The position numbers were made by a program, and so were the translations under genes. From Mucilaginibacter sp. (lineage in GTDB: Bacteria > Bacteroidota > Bacteroidia > Sphingobacteriales > Sphingobacteriaceae): a stretch of DNA of 59,365 bases. The stretch lies in assembly GCA_016763755.1 (NCBI GenBank), contig JAESTD010000086.1:1-59365 (forward strand), given 5' to 3'. Each line of letters opens with the position of its first letter. The stretch's first letter is position 1. The notes beneath the pieces were generated by a model, which had not been told where the DNA came from, did not search any database, and saw only the letters and a program-made list of their open reading frames with translations. Below are positions 1 through 9,583 of this stretch, in pieces.

Positions 1-9
1 CCAATGTAA

Positions 10-1785
10 ATGAGCCGATTTAACGATTTTAACAATCCGCAGGTTGCTGCATTGCCAGCGCATTTAAAGCAATTTATAGTAGATCAGTATTACGAGCACT
101 ATACGCCCATTGACCATGCTGTGTGGCGGTACGTAATGCGCCAAAACTATAGCTACCTTAAAGATGTGGCTTATTACCCTTATATTCCCGGGCTGCAAAA
201 GGCAGGATTGACCATAGAGAAGATCCCGAGCCTGCAGGAAATGAACGACGCCCTGGGTAAAATTGGCTGGGGCGCAGTTACAGTTGACGGTTTTATTCCG
301 CCGGCCGCCTTTATGGAATACCAGGCTTACCGTGTGTTGGTTATAGCTGCAGATATCCGCCAATTAAACCATTTCGAGTATACACCCGCGCCCGATATTA
401 TCCACGAATCAGCAGGACATGCGCCTATCATTGCCGATAAAGATTATCATAATTATCTAAGCTACTTTGGTTCGATAGGGGCCAAGGCCATGTTCAGCGC
501 GCAGGATTTTGAACTGTATGAGGCTATCCGTGCATTATCCATCCTTAAAGAAATGCCCAATGCTGACGATGGGGCTATAAAGCAAGCCGAAGAACGTGTA
601 GAATGGCAGCAAGCCAATATGGGCGACCCATCTGAAATGGCCCTGCTGAGCCGCCTGCACTGGTGGACGGTAGAGTATGGTTTAATTGGTCCGCTGGATG
701 ATCCGAAGATCTACGGGGCAGGTTTACTCTCATCGATAGGCGAGAGCGCCAGCTGTATGAAGGATAATGTGGCAAAGCTGCCTTACAGCATTGATGCGGT
801 GAAATATCCTTATGATATTACCAAAACCCAGCCGCAACTATTTGTGACCGAAACTTTCCAGAACCTGATAGATGTGCTTGAGCAATTTGCCGATACCATG
901 TCGTTCCGCCGTGGTGGTGAGTACGGTCTGCAAAAAGCTATCGACAGTAAAAATACCTGTACAGCGGTTTACAGCTCGGGTTTGCAGGTTTCGGGTACTT
1001 TTACAGATATAAAGACCGATAGCGGTCAACTTGCTTTTATCAAAACTACAGGGCCATCGGCCTTAGCGTACGGCAATAAGCAATTGAAAGGCCATGGTAA
1101 GGAATACCATAAAGATGGTTTTAGCTCGCCTGTAGGTTTGCTTAAAGGGTATGATAAACCTTTAGAAGATCTTGCTGACGATGAACTTGTCTTCGCCGGT
1201 ATTGAAAAAGGCAAAGAAGCCGAACTGCAATTCAGGAGCGGTATCACGGTGTCTGGTAAAATAAAAAACATTCATGCAGAAGGCGGTAAAACGCAGCTTA
1301 TCACCTTTACCAATTGTACGGTGACGGATAAGAAAGGCGGTGTACTTTTCGATCCATCATGGGGCGAATATGATATGGCCGTTGGCGAGTGCATTGTATC
1401 TGTATTTTGCGGTGCAGCAGATAAAGATGCTTTCCTGGAGATAGCGCTAAAATCGCAAACCAATACCTTCCATACCAACTACGATGCCCGCACCCTCGAA
1501 CTGCATAAGCTCTACCAACAAGTACGCAACCGCAGGCAAACCGGCGGCGATCTGGGCTTCTTAGGGAACGTGTGGATGATGCTGCAAAAGTTCCATCATG
1601 ATGACTGGCTTTGTGCCCTCGAGATACTGGAACTGCTTGAACAGGAAAACGCCGAACCGGCACTGGCGGCAGAGATCCGTCAGTTTCTGACTACCAAAGC
1701 CACTACCCAACCCGAGTACCGCAAACTGATAGAAGACGGCCTGTATCTGATAGCCCATCCGGTAGAAGAGAAATTGGCGGTTTAG
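10..1785 (+). CDS. phhA: Aromatic amino acid (phenylalanine-4-) hydroxylase, long form with C-terminal extension
   Basis: 591 aa; YTPAPDIIHESAGHAP iron-binding motif, WWTVEYGL and YGAGLLSS motifs of biopterin-dependent hydroxylases. Confidence 0.9.
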   Translation: MSRFNDFNNPQVAALPAHLKQFIVDQYYEHYTPIDHAVWRYVMRQNYSYLKDVAYYPYIPGLQKAGLTIEKIPSLQEMNDALGKIGWGAVTVDGFIPPAAFMEYQAYRVLVIAADIRQLNHFEYTPAPDIIHESAGHAPIIADKDYHNYLSYFGSIGAKAMFSAQDFELYEAIRALSILKEMPNADDGAIKQAEERVEWQQANMGDPSEMALLSRLHWWTVEYGLIGPLDDPKIYGAGLLSSIGESASCMKDNVAKLPYSIDAVKYPYDITKTQPQLFVTETFQNLIDVLEQFADTMSFRRGGEYGLQKAIDSKNTCTAVYSSGLQVSGTFTDIKTDSGQLAFIKTTGPSALAYGNKQLKGHGKEYHKDGFSSPVGLLKGYDKPLEDLADDELVFAGIEKGKEAELQFRSGITVSGKIKNIHAEGGKTQLITFTNCTVTDKKGGVLFDPSWGEYDMAVGECIVSVFCGAADKDAFLEIALKSQTNTFHTNYDARTLELHKLYQQVRNRRQTGGDLGFLGNVWMMLQKFHHDDWLCALEILELLEQENAEPALAAEIRQFLTTKATTQPEYRKLIEDGLYLIAHPVEEKLAV

Positions 1786-1822
1786 GAATTTTTATAGATT
1801 TGCGTTGGAGACTTAAATATCT

Positions 1823-2527
1823 ATGAACATCCTAATCACCGGAGCCAGCAGTGGCGTAGGTTTTGAAGCCGTTATTGAACTCATTACATCGGGCAAGCAC
1901 AAAGTGATCGCGTTGGCTCGTTCGCAGGATAAGCTTACCCGACTGATGGAAATATCACAAGGTATCAATCCCGATTGCGAGATATATGCTATTGCTTTTG
2001 ATATTGTGCATGATGATTATGCCGGTTTGCAGCAATTTATTACTTCAAATTTCGACGGCAAGATCGATGTCCTGATCAACAACGCCGGGATACTCATCAA
2101 CAAGCCATTTATGGAATTACAGGAGATGGACTTTGTAGAAATGCTACAAAGCAATTACCTGGGCCACGTGCGAGTCATCCAAAATCTGTTGCAGTTTATG
2201 GGACAGGGATCGCACATCGTAAACATCGGTAGCATGGGCGGTTTCCAGGGGAGCTCAAAATTCAACGGACTGTCTGCTTACTCAGCGGCGAAATCAGCAT
2301 TGCATACGCTCACCGAGTGCCTCGCACAAGAGTTTGTTGAAAAGGGGATCAAAGTGAACTGCCTTGCTTTAGGCTCAGCGCAAACGGAGATGCTGGAGCA
2401 GGCTTTCCCGGGGTATGAGTCGCCGGTGATGGCGTTTGAGATGGGTAAATACATTGCCGATTTCGCGCTTACCGGGCATAAATTCTTTAGCGGAAAGATA
2501 CTGCCGGTGGCTTTGACAACGCCGTAA
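1823..2527 (+). CDS. SDR family NAD(P)-dependent oxidoreductase
   Basis: TGASSGVG Rossmann motif, NNAG, catalytic YSAAK. Confidence 0.92.
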   Translation: MNILITGASSGVGFEAVIELITSGKHKVIALARSQDKLTRLMEISQGINPDCEIYAIAFDIVHDDYAGLQQFITSNFDGKIDVLINNAGILINKPFMELQEMDFVEMLQSNYLGHVRVIQNLLQFMGQGSHIVNIGSMGGFQGSSKFNGLSAYSAAKSALHTLTECLAQEFVEKGIKVNCLALGSAQTEMLEQAFPGYESPVMAFEMGKYIADFALTGHKFFSGKILPVALTTP

Positions 2528-2585
2528 AGGCAACAGGTGTTCACGAGCGTTCACGTGAACACTTTCCGTCCCGCTGGCAGACGCT

Positions 2586-2608
2586 GGCGCACGCGTGCCG
2601 CGTGTGCC
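2586..2608. repeat. GC-rich REP-like hairpin
   Basis: GGCGCACGCG-TGC-CGCGTGTGCC stem-loop preceded by duplicated CGCTGGC; intergenic. Confidence 0.45.
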
Positions 2609-2734
2609 TATTGTTGACCAACCCGTGCCATTGTTCATCTGCAAGTAAATAAGTTTTCCCGAAATGGTTTTTGACAAACTGTTGAAGTCAGGTTGTGTTA
2701 TGTTAAACATATTTGTTAAAAAACAAGAACAACA

Positions 2735-3802
2735 ATGGCGAACCTATTTTCTCCGCTCAAAATAAAAAGTATCGAATTAAAGAACCGTATAGTGGTATCT
2801 CCCATGTGCCAATACAGCAGCACAGATGGTTTTGCAAATAACTGGCATTTGGTGCATCTGGGTAGCTTTGCCATCGGTGGCGCAAGCCTTATCATTACCG
2901 AGGCAACGGCTGTATCTCCCGAAGGCCGCATATCTTTTGGCGACTTAGGTATCTGGAAAGATGAACACATCGAAAAGCTAAAAGAAATCACATCCTTTAT
3001 AGAAGAACACGGCGCAGTACCGGGCATACAACTGGCCCATGCAGGCCGTAAAGGCAGCCACGACCTGCCCTGGAGTGGTGGCAAACAAATACTTCCGTCT
3101 GATGCCAATGGATGGGACACGATGGCACCAAGCGCACTGCCATTTACACCGGATGAAATTGCACCGATACAACTGGACAAAGCAGGTATCAGCGAAGTGA
3201 TAAGCGATTTTAAAGCGGCAGCGGTACGTGCCTTAAAAGCAGGGTTTAAAGTGATAGAAATTCATGGTGCACATGGTTATTTAGTAAACCAGTTCCTGTC
3301 GCCAACCAGTAATCACCGTGCTGATGAGTACGGCGGGTCATTTGAGAACCGTGCAAGGCTGCTGCTCCAAATTACAGACGCAGTAAATGAAGTGTGGCCT
3401 GCTGATTTGCCTCTATTCGTCCGTATCTCCGCATCAGAATGGGTTGATGGTGGCTGGACGATAGACGATTCTATCGCCCTTGCAAAATTATTGAAAGATA
3501 AAGGCGTGGACTTGATAGACTGCTCAAGCGGTGGTAACACTGCCGGAGCACGCATTGCGATTAAGCCCGGTTACCAGGTTGAGTTTGCCGAAGAAGTTAA
3601 GGAGAACGCCGGCATCCTTACGGGAGCTGTAGGTCTGATAACCGAAGCCAAACAGGCCGATGAGATTATTAAAACTGGTCAGGCTGATGTGGTGTTATTA
3701 GCCAGAGAGATGTTACGTGATCCGCACTTTGCGTTGAGGGCCGCACATGAGTTGGGTTACGAGGCAAAATGGCCTGTGCAATATGAACGGGCGAAATGGT
3801 AA
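2735..3802 (+). CDS. namA: NADPH dehydrogenase, Old Yellow Enzyme (YqjM/NamA type)
   Basis: SPMCQYS, IQLAHAGRK, HGAHGYL, DEYGGSFENR motifs. Confidence 0.9.
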   Translation: MANLFSPLKIKSIELKNRIVVSPMCQYSSTDGFANNWHLVHLGSFAIGGASLIITEATAVSPEGRISFGDLGIWKDEHIEKLKEITSFIEEHGAVPGIQLAHAGRKGSHDLPWSGGKQILPSDANGWDTMAPSALPFTPDEIAPIQLDKAGISEVISDFKAAAVRALKAGFKVIEIHGAHGYLVNQFLSPTSNHRADEYGGSFENRARLLLQITDAVNEVWPADLPLFVRISASEWVDGGWTIDDSIALAKLLKDKGVDLIDCSSGGNTAGARIAIKPGYQVEFAEEVKENAGILTGAVGLITEAKQADEIIKTGQADVVLLAREMLRDPHFALRAAHELGYEAKWPVQYERAKW

Positions 3803-3868
3803 CACCAAATTATTTTTAATATCAACACAACATACTACTTTAGCATAAACTCATAAAAACAGATAACT

Positions 3869-4288
3869 ATGAAACGTACAGCAAATGCACATTGGAATGG
3901 CAACTTAAAAAGCGGTAAAGGTGAAATAAGTTCACAAAGCACTACTTTAAATAATACGCAATACTCGTTCAAAACCCGTTTTGAAGAAGGCGTGGGCACT
4001 AATCCCGAAGAACTGATAGCTGCAGCACATGCGGGTTGTTTTACCATGGCAGTTAGTGCTGCATTAACGCAGAAAGGCATTGAACCAGGCGATTTATCAA
4101 CCGAAGCCATCCTTGACCTTGATATGCAGGCGCTTGAAATTAAAGGTATCCACCTGGAGCTTAAGGCATCAGCTATTGAAGGTGTTGATGAAGCGCAGTT
4201 TAAAGAAGTTGCAGAAGGTGCAAAATCTGGCTGTATTGTATCAAAAGCGCTTAGCGTGCCAATTACCCTTAACGTTACTTACGCATAA
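3869..4288 (+). CDS. osmC: OsmC family peroxiredoxin
   Basis: NPEELIAAAHAGCFTMA and second Cys in CIVSKAL. Confidence 0.92.
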   Translation: MKRTANAHWNGNLKSGKGEISSQSTTLNNTQYSFKTRFEEGVGTNPEELIAAAHAGCFTMAVSAALTQKGIEPGDLSTEAILDLDMQALEIKGIHLELKASAIEGVDEAQFKEVAEGAKSGCIVSKALSVPITLNVTYA

Positions 4289-4313
4289 TTTAAAGCTTGT
4301 TAATATTTAAACG

Positions 4314-4341
4314 CAGCGATGGTAAAAACCATCGCTGTTTT
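4314..4341 (+). terminator. Intrinsic terminator after osmC
   Basis: CAGCGATGG-TAAAAA-CCATCGCTG followed by T-run. Confidence 0.75.
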
Positions 4342-4370
4342 GTTTTGTAGGTATTTGTAAATAACCGGCT

Positions 4371-4961
4371 ATGTTTAATTCTTCACGTTCGCGGTTCTCA
4401 CTTACTTTGTTTTTTGCGTTAGTGATCACCGGTTTCCTCATCTTCCTGTTTTTCTATATTAAACATCAGTTTAACACCACCCGTACCGAGGTTACCGAGG
4501 ATGTGATGGTATCAAAGATCATTAACATGGGCAAACTGGAACTGGTGAAATACGCCATGAAGGACGTGGTAGAAAAGAAAGAGCTGCACATGATATTGCC
4601 TGATTCGCGGGTGCTGTTTGTGGCAGTAGGGGAGGTTACTGCTTGTATTGATTTGACCAAAGTGCGCAAGGAAGACATCATCCAAACAAAGGACAGCATT
4701 ACCATAAGCCTGCCGCAGCCCGAGATCTGTTATGTAAAACTGAATCATCAAAAATCGAAAGTTTATGATGTATCCGGCGTTTGGTTTGCCGATAAAAGCA
4801 AAGAAATGGTAGAAGATGTTTACAAAATAGCCGAAAAGAAAATGCTTACTACTGCTAACGAACTGAATCTTTTAGGCAAAGCCCGCGTAAATGCCGGTAT
4901 AATATTTAAGCCATTTCTGGAAAGCGTATCGGGCAAAACTGTGGTGATCAAGTTCAAATGA
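4371..4961 (+). CDS. DUF4230 domain membrane-anchored protein
   Basis: N-terminal TM; GKLELVKY and GEVTACIDL..ISLPQPEI pattern, recognised by eye. Confidence 0.7.
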   Translation: MFNSSRSRFSLTLFFALVITGFLIFLFFYIKHQFNTTRTEVTEDVMVSKIINMGKLELVKYAMKDVVEKKELHMILPDSRVLFVAVGEVTACIDLTKVRKEDIIQTKDSITISLPQPEICYVKLNHQKSKVYDVSGVWFADKSKEMVEDVYKIAEKKMLTTANELNLLGKARVNAGIIFKPFLESVSGKTVVIKFK

Positions 4962-5047
4962 AATATCATTTAACTAAAAATTTAATTTAAAGCTTTTATG
5001 TAATAAATTAGGGGCGTATGTATCTAAATGTTATCATTTAAATTTTT

Positions 5048-6427
5048 ATGACCTCTAAAATCACAAAACTATTAACCCTTACTGCTGCGGGCTTATTTGG
5101 CTCGTTATGCGCAGTTGCCCAGCCAAAGCTTCCTGAAGGCTACTTCTGGAAAAAACTACCCAACGGACTGGAAGTTGTTGTTATCGAAAACAGCAAAGTG
5201 CCGCTAACCACTATAGAGGTTGCCGTAAAAAACGGTGCCTACACCGAAGGACCCGAGTACAGCGGTCTGTCGCACTTGTTTGAGCACATGTTTTTTAAAG
5301 CTAACAAAGACTATCCTACACAGGAGAAATTCTTAAAGCGCACGCAGGAACTTGGTGCTATCTGGAACGGGACGACCAGCGTAGAGCGTGTAAATTATTA
5401 TTTTACTATTGGTAAAGATAGTCTTAGTCAGGGTTTAAAATTAATGAATGCTTCTATCCGTTTTCCTATTTACCGCGAAGAGGATATGCAGAAAGAACGC
5501 CCCGTGGTTGACGGCGAATTTCAGCGTAACGAGAGCAGCCCGGGTTTTCAGTTATATTATGATGTGAACAAACACTTATGGGGCGATCTTATCACCCGTA
5601 AAATGCCTATCGGTATTCACGAAGTGATCAACTCGGCCACACCCGAGAAGATGATGATCATCAAGAATAAATACTATTTCCCCAACAATAGCTTGTTAAC
5701 CATTTGCGGTGATATTAAACACGAGGATGGTTTCAAAAAAGCAGAAGAGATTTTCGGCGATTGGCAAAGCAGCGGCTTTAATCCGCATGAAAAATATCCA
5801 ATTCCGGCATTTAAACCATTAGAGAAGAGCGTGGCATTTGTAAAGGAAATGTCTATTGCGCGTACGCCAATGATAATGATAGATTGGCAGGGCCCGGCTT
5901 ACATGACAGATTCTGCATCAACCATTGCGGCTGATGTTTTCTCTACCGTGGTTGGCCTTAACTCTTCAAAATTACAGCAGGCTTTAGTTGATAAGGGCTT
6001 GGCTTCATCTGTGAGCTTTAGCTATAACACTTCTCACTATATCGGTCCGGTTCAATTGTTTGTGATTCCTAATCCTACCAAATTGAAAGAGTGCTACGAT
6101 GAACTTCAAAATCAGATGAGCCAATGGGGTAAAGCCGATTATTATACTGATGAGCAGTTGGCTGATGCAAAAGCCATCTTATTGCGTAACCACAGCAGGG
6201 AGATGGAAAAGCCATCATCATTACCATCGCAAGTTAGCTTTAACTGGTGCAGTACTTCGCTTAATTACTATACCGATCTTACTGATAATTACCAGAAAGT
6301 TACCCGTGCTGATATTGCCAAATACATGAATACGTATGTAGTTGGTAAGCCAATGGTTGCCGGCATAATTTTAACGCCCGAGGCAAGTAAAGCGGCTAAT
6401 GTGCAATCGTTTTTTGTAGTTAAATAA
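5048..6427 (+). CDS. M16 (pitrilysin) metallopeptidase, catalytic subunit, secreted
   Basis: Signal peptide; inverted zinc motif HLFEH; downstream ERPVVDGE. Confidence 0.9.
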   Translation: MTSKITKLLTLTAAGLFGSLCAVAQPKLPEGYFWKKLPNGLEVVVIENSKVPLTTIEVAVKNGAYTEGPEYSGLSHLFEHMFFKANKDYPTQEKFLKRTQELGAIWNGTTSVERVNYYFTIGKDSLSQGLKLMNASIRFPIYREEDMQKERPVVDGEFQRNESSPGFQLYYDVNKHLWGDLITRKMPIGIHEVINSATPEKMMIIKNKYYFPNNSLLTICGDIKHEDGFKKAEEIFGDWQSSGFNPHEKYPIPAFKPLEKSVAFVKEMSIARTPMIMIDWQGPAYMTDSASTIAADVFSTVVGLNSSKLQQALVDKGLASSVSFSYNTSHYIGPVQLFVIPNPTKLKECYDELQNQMSQWGKADYYTDEQLADAKAILLRNHSREMEKPSSLPSQVSFNWCSTSLNYYTDLTDNYQKVTRADIAKYMNTYVVGKPMVAGIILTPEASKAANVQSFFVVK

Positions 6428-6445
6428 TCTAAACCGAACATCAAG

Positions 6446-7786
6446 ATGAAGAAATATATATACCTACTGTTGCTTGCCGCTGCCACCGCAGGTGCAAGCC
6501 CGGCTTTTGCGCAGGATAAGCAAAAAGCCTACGAAATGACAGTTGATGGCGTAAAGGTAATTGTGCAGCCAAGCGGTAACGATATTGTGGAAATACAAAC
6601 CGTAATAAAAGGCGGAGTGCAAAACTATCCTGCAGAGAAAGCCGGCATTGAGGCTATGGCACTAAATGCACTTAATGAGTGTGGTACCTTAAAGCACGAT
6701 AAAAACGACTTTAAAAATCAGCTGGATAAAATTAGTGCCGAAGTGTACGGTATGGCCGTTAAAAACTATTCGGTAATAAAAATTAACTGCATTAAGAGCG
6801 ACCTGCCAAAAGCCTGGCCGCTGTATGTTGAAGCAGTTACTATCCCTAAGTTTGACCCTAATGAGTTTGAACGGATCAAACAAGACCAGATCAATCAGCT
6901 TAAATCACAGGACTCGAACCCCGATTATGCAATAGATCAATACGCTGATAAAGTAGCTTTTGCCGGCAGGGATTATGCAAAAAATCCTGAGGGTACGCCC
7001 GAAACGGTAAAAGCTCTCACTGCCGAAGAAACAAAGAAATACTACCACTCGGTATTGACCAGGTCTCGTTTGGTGATAGTTGTTGTTGCCGATCTTGACC
7101 GCGCCGATATTGAGGCAAAGGTGAAAGGTTTATTAAGCACCATTAAACAGGGCGCTCCTTATGAAATGAAGAAATCATTCTTCAGGGTATATAAAAATAC
7201 GTTCTCATCAGAAAACCGCGAACTGGCAACCAATTATGTTGAAGGTATAACCAGCGGCCCTGCACCCGGCACGCCTGATTTTGATGCTTTTAATGTGGCT
7301 ATGCGCATTTTTTACGACAAGCATTTTTTGGACGTACGTACCAACAACGGCCTGTCTTATGCGCCATCTGCATGGTTTAGTGTGGGCTCAACTTCGGTAG
7401 CTAAATTCTCGGTATCAACTACTCAGCCTGATAAATACATTGCGGTATTTGATAAGCTGGTTGACCGTATAAAAAGCAATGGCTTTAACGCCGAAGAAGT
7501 TGCCGACATGAAGGTAACCTACCTTACCGGTTTCTACTATAAAAACGAGACCAATACCGCACAGGCAGGCTCGTTAGTATCAAACGAGGTATTGCACAAC
7601 AACTGGAAACGCTCATTAACCCTTGCTGAGGATGTGAAAAAACTTACCCCAACACAAGTAAGCGATGCCTTCCGCAAATACATTGGCAATATCATTTGGG
7701 TTTATCAGGGCGACACCAAAAAAGTTAATCCGATATTGTTCACCAACGGCACGCTGAAAAAAGCGGATAACCCGGTGAGTCATTAA
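6446..7786 (+). CDS. M16 family peptidase, non-catalytic partner subunit
   Basis: Signal peptide; lacks HxxEH but has VRTNNGLSY (R/Y substrate pair); adjacent to the catalytic subunit. Confidence 0.82.
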   Translation: MKKYIYLLLLAAATAGASPAFAQDKQKAYEMTVDGVKVIVQPSGNDIVEIQTVIKGGVQNYPAEKAGIEAMALNALNECGTLKHDKNDFKNQLDKISAEVYGMAVKNYSVIKINCIKSDLPKAWPLYVEAVTIPKFDPNEFERIKQDQINQLKSQDSNPDYAIDQYADKVAFAGRDYAKNPEGTPETVKALTAEETKKYYHSVLTRSRLVIVVVADLDRADIEAKVKGLLSTIKQGAPYEMKKSFFRVYKNTFSSENRELATNYVEGITSGPAPGTPDFDAFNVAMRIFYDKHFLDVRTNNGLSYAPSAWFSVGSTSVAKFSVSTTQPDKYIAVFDKLVDRIKSNGFNAEEVADMKVTYLTGFYYKNETNTAQAGSLVSNEVLHNNWKRSLTLAEDVKKLTPTQVSDAFRKYIGNIIWVYQGDTKKVNPILFTNGTLKKADNPVSH

Positions 7787-7787
7787 T

Positions 7788-7931
7788 TAAGTCGGAAGTA
7801 CTAAGTCCGAAGTAGAAATTCTTTAGTCTGAAGTCAAAGAGGCCTGCAACACCAAAATTGCAGGCCTCTATTTTTTTCTCTCTTTAATTTCCGACTGCTG
7901 ACTTAAGACTTTTGACTTAAGACTGCAGACT
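7788..7931. repeat. Mirrored ~7-nt tandem repeats (AAGTCnn / nnGACTT) flanking a terminator
   Basis: taagtcggaagtactaagtccgaagt...agtctgaagtc on the left; gactgctgacttaagacttttgacttaagactgcagactt on the right. Confidence 0.6.
7838..7877. terminator. Terminator between convergent genes
   Basis: AGAGGCCTGCAA...TTGCAGGCCTCT plus T-run. Confidence 0.75.
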
Positions 7932-9012
7932 TCCTTCTGCTTCGCCATATCTCAACCACTTGTTGGGTGGGGATGTTATCGCCTAATAGTTTGCCCCACG
8001 GCTTTAGTGGTTCAATACGGTCGAACACAATTTTAATTACTGCCACAAACGGGATAGATAAAAACATACCGGATACACCCCAAAGTTGGTTGCCCAACAG
8101 CACCACAATGATCGACATCAGTGCGTTGATCTGCACCTTTGAAGATACGATGCGTGGCACCAGGATATTGTTATCGATAAACTGGATAACGATATATGCG
8201 ATTACCACACCTAATTGGGTGGAATAGCCATCTTTAGTTACGGTTGCCATCAGCACAGGTAATGCTATCGCGATGATGCCACCCAGGTAGGGGATAAGGT
8301 TTAATATCGCACCTATACAACCTATCAGGATGCCGTACTTAACACCAAGCAGCATCAAGGCTGCCGAGTTCATGACCGCCACGATGATCATCTCTATCAG
8401 CAAGCCAACGATGTAGCTTTGTATGGCAGTTTTTGTTTCGCTCAATACCTCACTTACCTTTTTAGAGTTTTCCTCAGCAAAAACCTCATACAAAAAGTTA
8501 AGGATAAGTGTTTTGTAAAACAGCATCAGGAAGATATAAACCGGCAGTAAGAACACTACAGAAAGTACCCCCAGTACGCTGTTCAACGTTTTGCCAACCA
8601 TGGCCTGGCTGCTGTTTAACGCATCTTTAATCATCTGCTCTTGCTTGGCCAGGGTAACGCCGAACGCACTCTGGATCCAGTTTCTCAGATCAGTTGTGAT
8701 GCTTTCAAACTTTTTTTGCAGCATTGGTAGCGAGTCGCCAAACTGGATGATCTGGGTGGACAGGAAGTAGAAAACCAGCAACACCGATATGATCATGATC
8801 AGCATTGCAATGATAATCGATAGCATTTTGGGTATTCTATAGCGCTGCAAGCGGTTGCAAAGCGGGTTAAGCAAAATAGATAGAAAGGCTGCGAATGCCA
8901 GCGGTACCAATATATCAGCAAGTATATTGAGCACGTAAACCAGCAATATCAAGCCGAACAATACCGTAGTGGCTTGTATGTAAAAAGGTTGGTCTTTAAT
9001 TTTTATCGACAT
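7903..9012 (-). CDS. AI-2E family transporter
   Basis: 369 aa multi-TM; LNLIPYLGG, QFIDNNILVPRI, WGVSGMFLSIP motifs. Confidence 0.9.
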   Translation of the reverse strand: MSIKIKDQPFYIQATTVLFGLILLVYVLNILADILVPLAFAAFLSILLNPLCNRLQRYRIPKMLSIIIAMLIMIISVLLVFYFLSTQIIQFGDSLPMLQKKFESITTDLRNWIQSAFGVTLAKQEQMIKDALNSSQAMVGKTLNSVLGVLSVVFLLPVYIFLMLFYKTLILNFLYEVFAEENSKKVSEVLSETKTAIQSYIVGLLIEMIIVAVMNSAALMLLGVKYGILIGCIGAILNLIPYLGGIIAIALPVLMATVTKDGYSTQLGVVIAYIVIQFIDNNILVPRIVSSKVQINALMSIIVVLLGNQLWGVSGMFLSIPFVAVIKIVFDRIEPLKPWGKLLGDNIPTQQVVEIWRSRRKSAVLSQKS

Positions 9013-9088
9013 GCAGAGGTATTATATGCAGATAAGGAGTATGAAACGTAAATGTTTGATTGATTTTAAGTTAAATCAAAGAAGTTTA

Positions 9089-9457
9089 TTATGAATCCAG
9101 TTTTCCCTTTAAAACTTCTTCTTTTGACATTTCCCTCGCAGACTTTAATCCCCAATAAATACCAGTGTAAATTGGCACCAATAAAATCAAGGTATTTCTA
9201 ATAACATTGATATAAAAACTTACATTTTCATTTCTGTGTAACATTCCTGAAGCCCCCCATGCAATACCAAATCCAGTTATGTATAGCATAAAGCCATTAT
9301 ATTTCTCTTCTGGGTTTTTTATTCTACTATCAATTACATAGCTTTTTGCGATTCCTTTAGAAATGTAAAGAGCAACTAAGCCGAGAGTAAAATAGAAAGT
9401 GGGTGTTAAAATGTAGATAAAGTCTTCGTCAGTCAACGATAAAATTGTTTTAATCAT
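9089..9457 (-). CDS. Hypothetical AT-rich membrane protein
   Basis: 122 aa, about 3 hydrophobic segments; visibly AT-richer than neighbours. Confidence 0.55.
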   Translation of the reverse strand: MIKTILSLTDEDFIYILTPTFYFTLGLVALYISKGIAKSYVIDSRIKNPEEKYNGFMLYITGFGIAWGASGMLHRNENVSFYINVIRNTLILLVPIYTGIYWGLKSAREMSKEEVLKGKLDS

Positions 9458-9583
9458 CTTCTTGATTATTTAAGGTTCACTTTGGTCTAAATAAATATCT
9501 AAATATTATTGGAGATTAAGAAGGGTTCCCTTTATGTTACAATTTGTAACTTTACCGTTTTAACCCATATCCCTTAACCGAAC

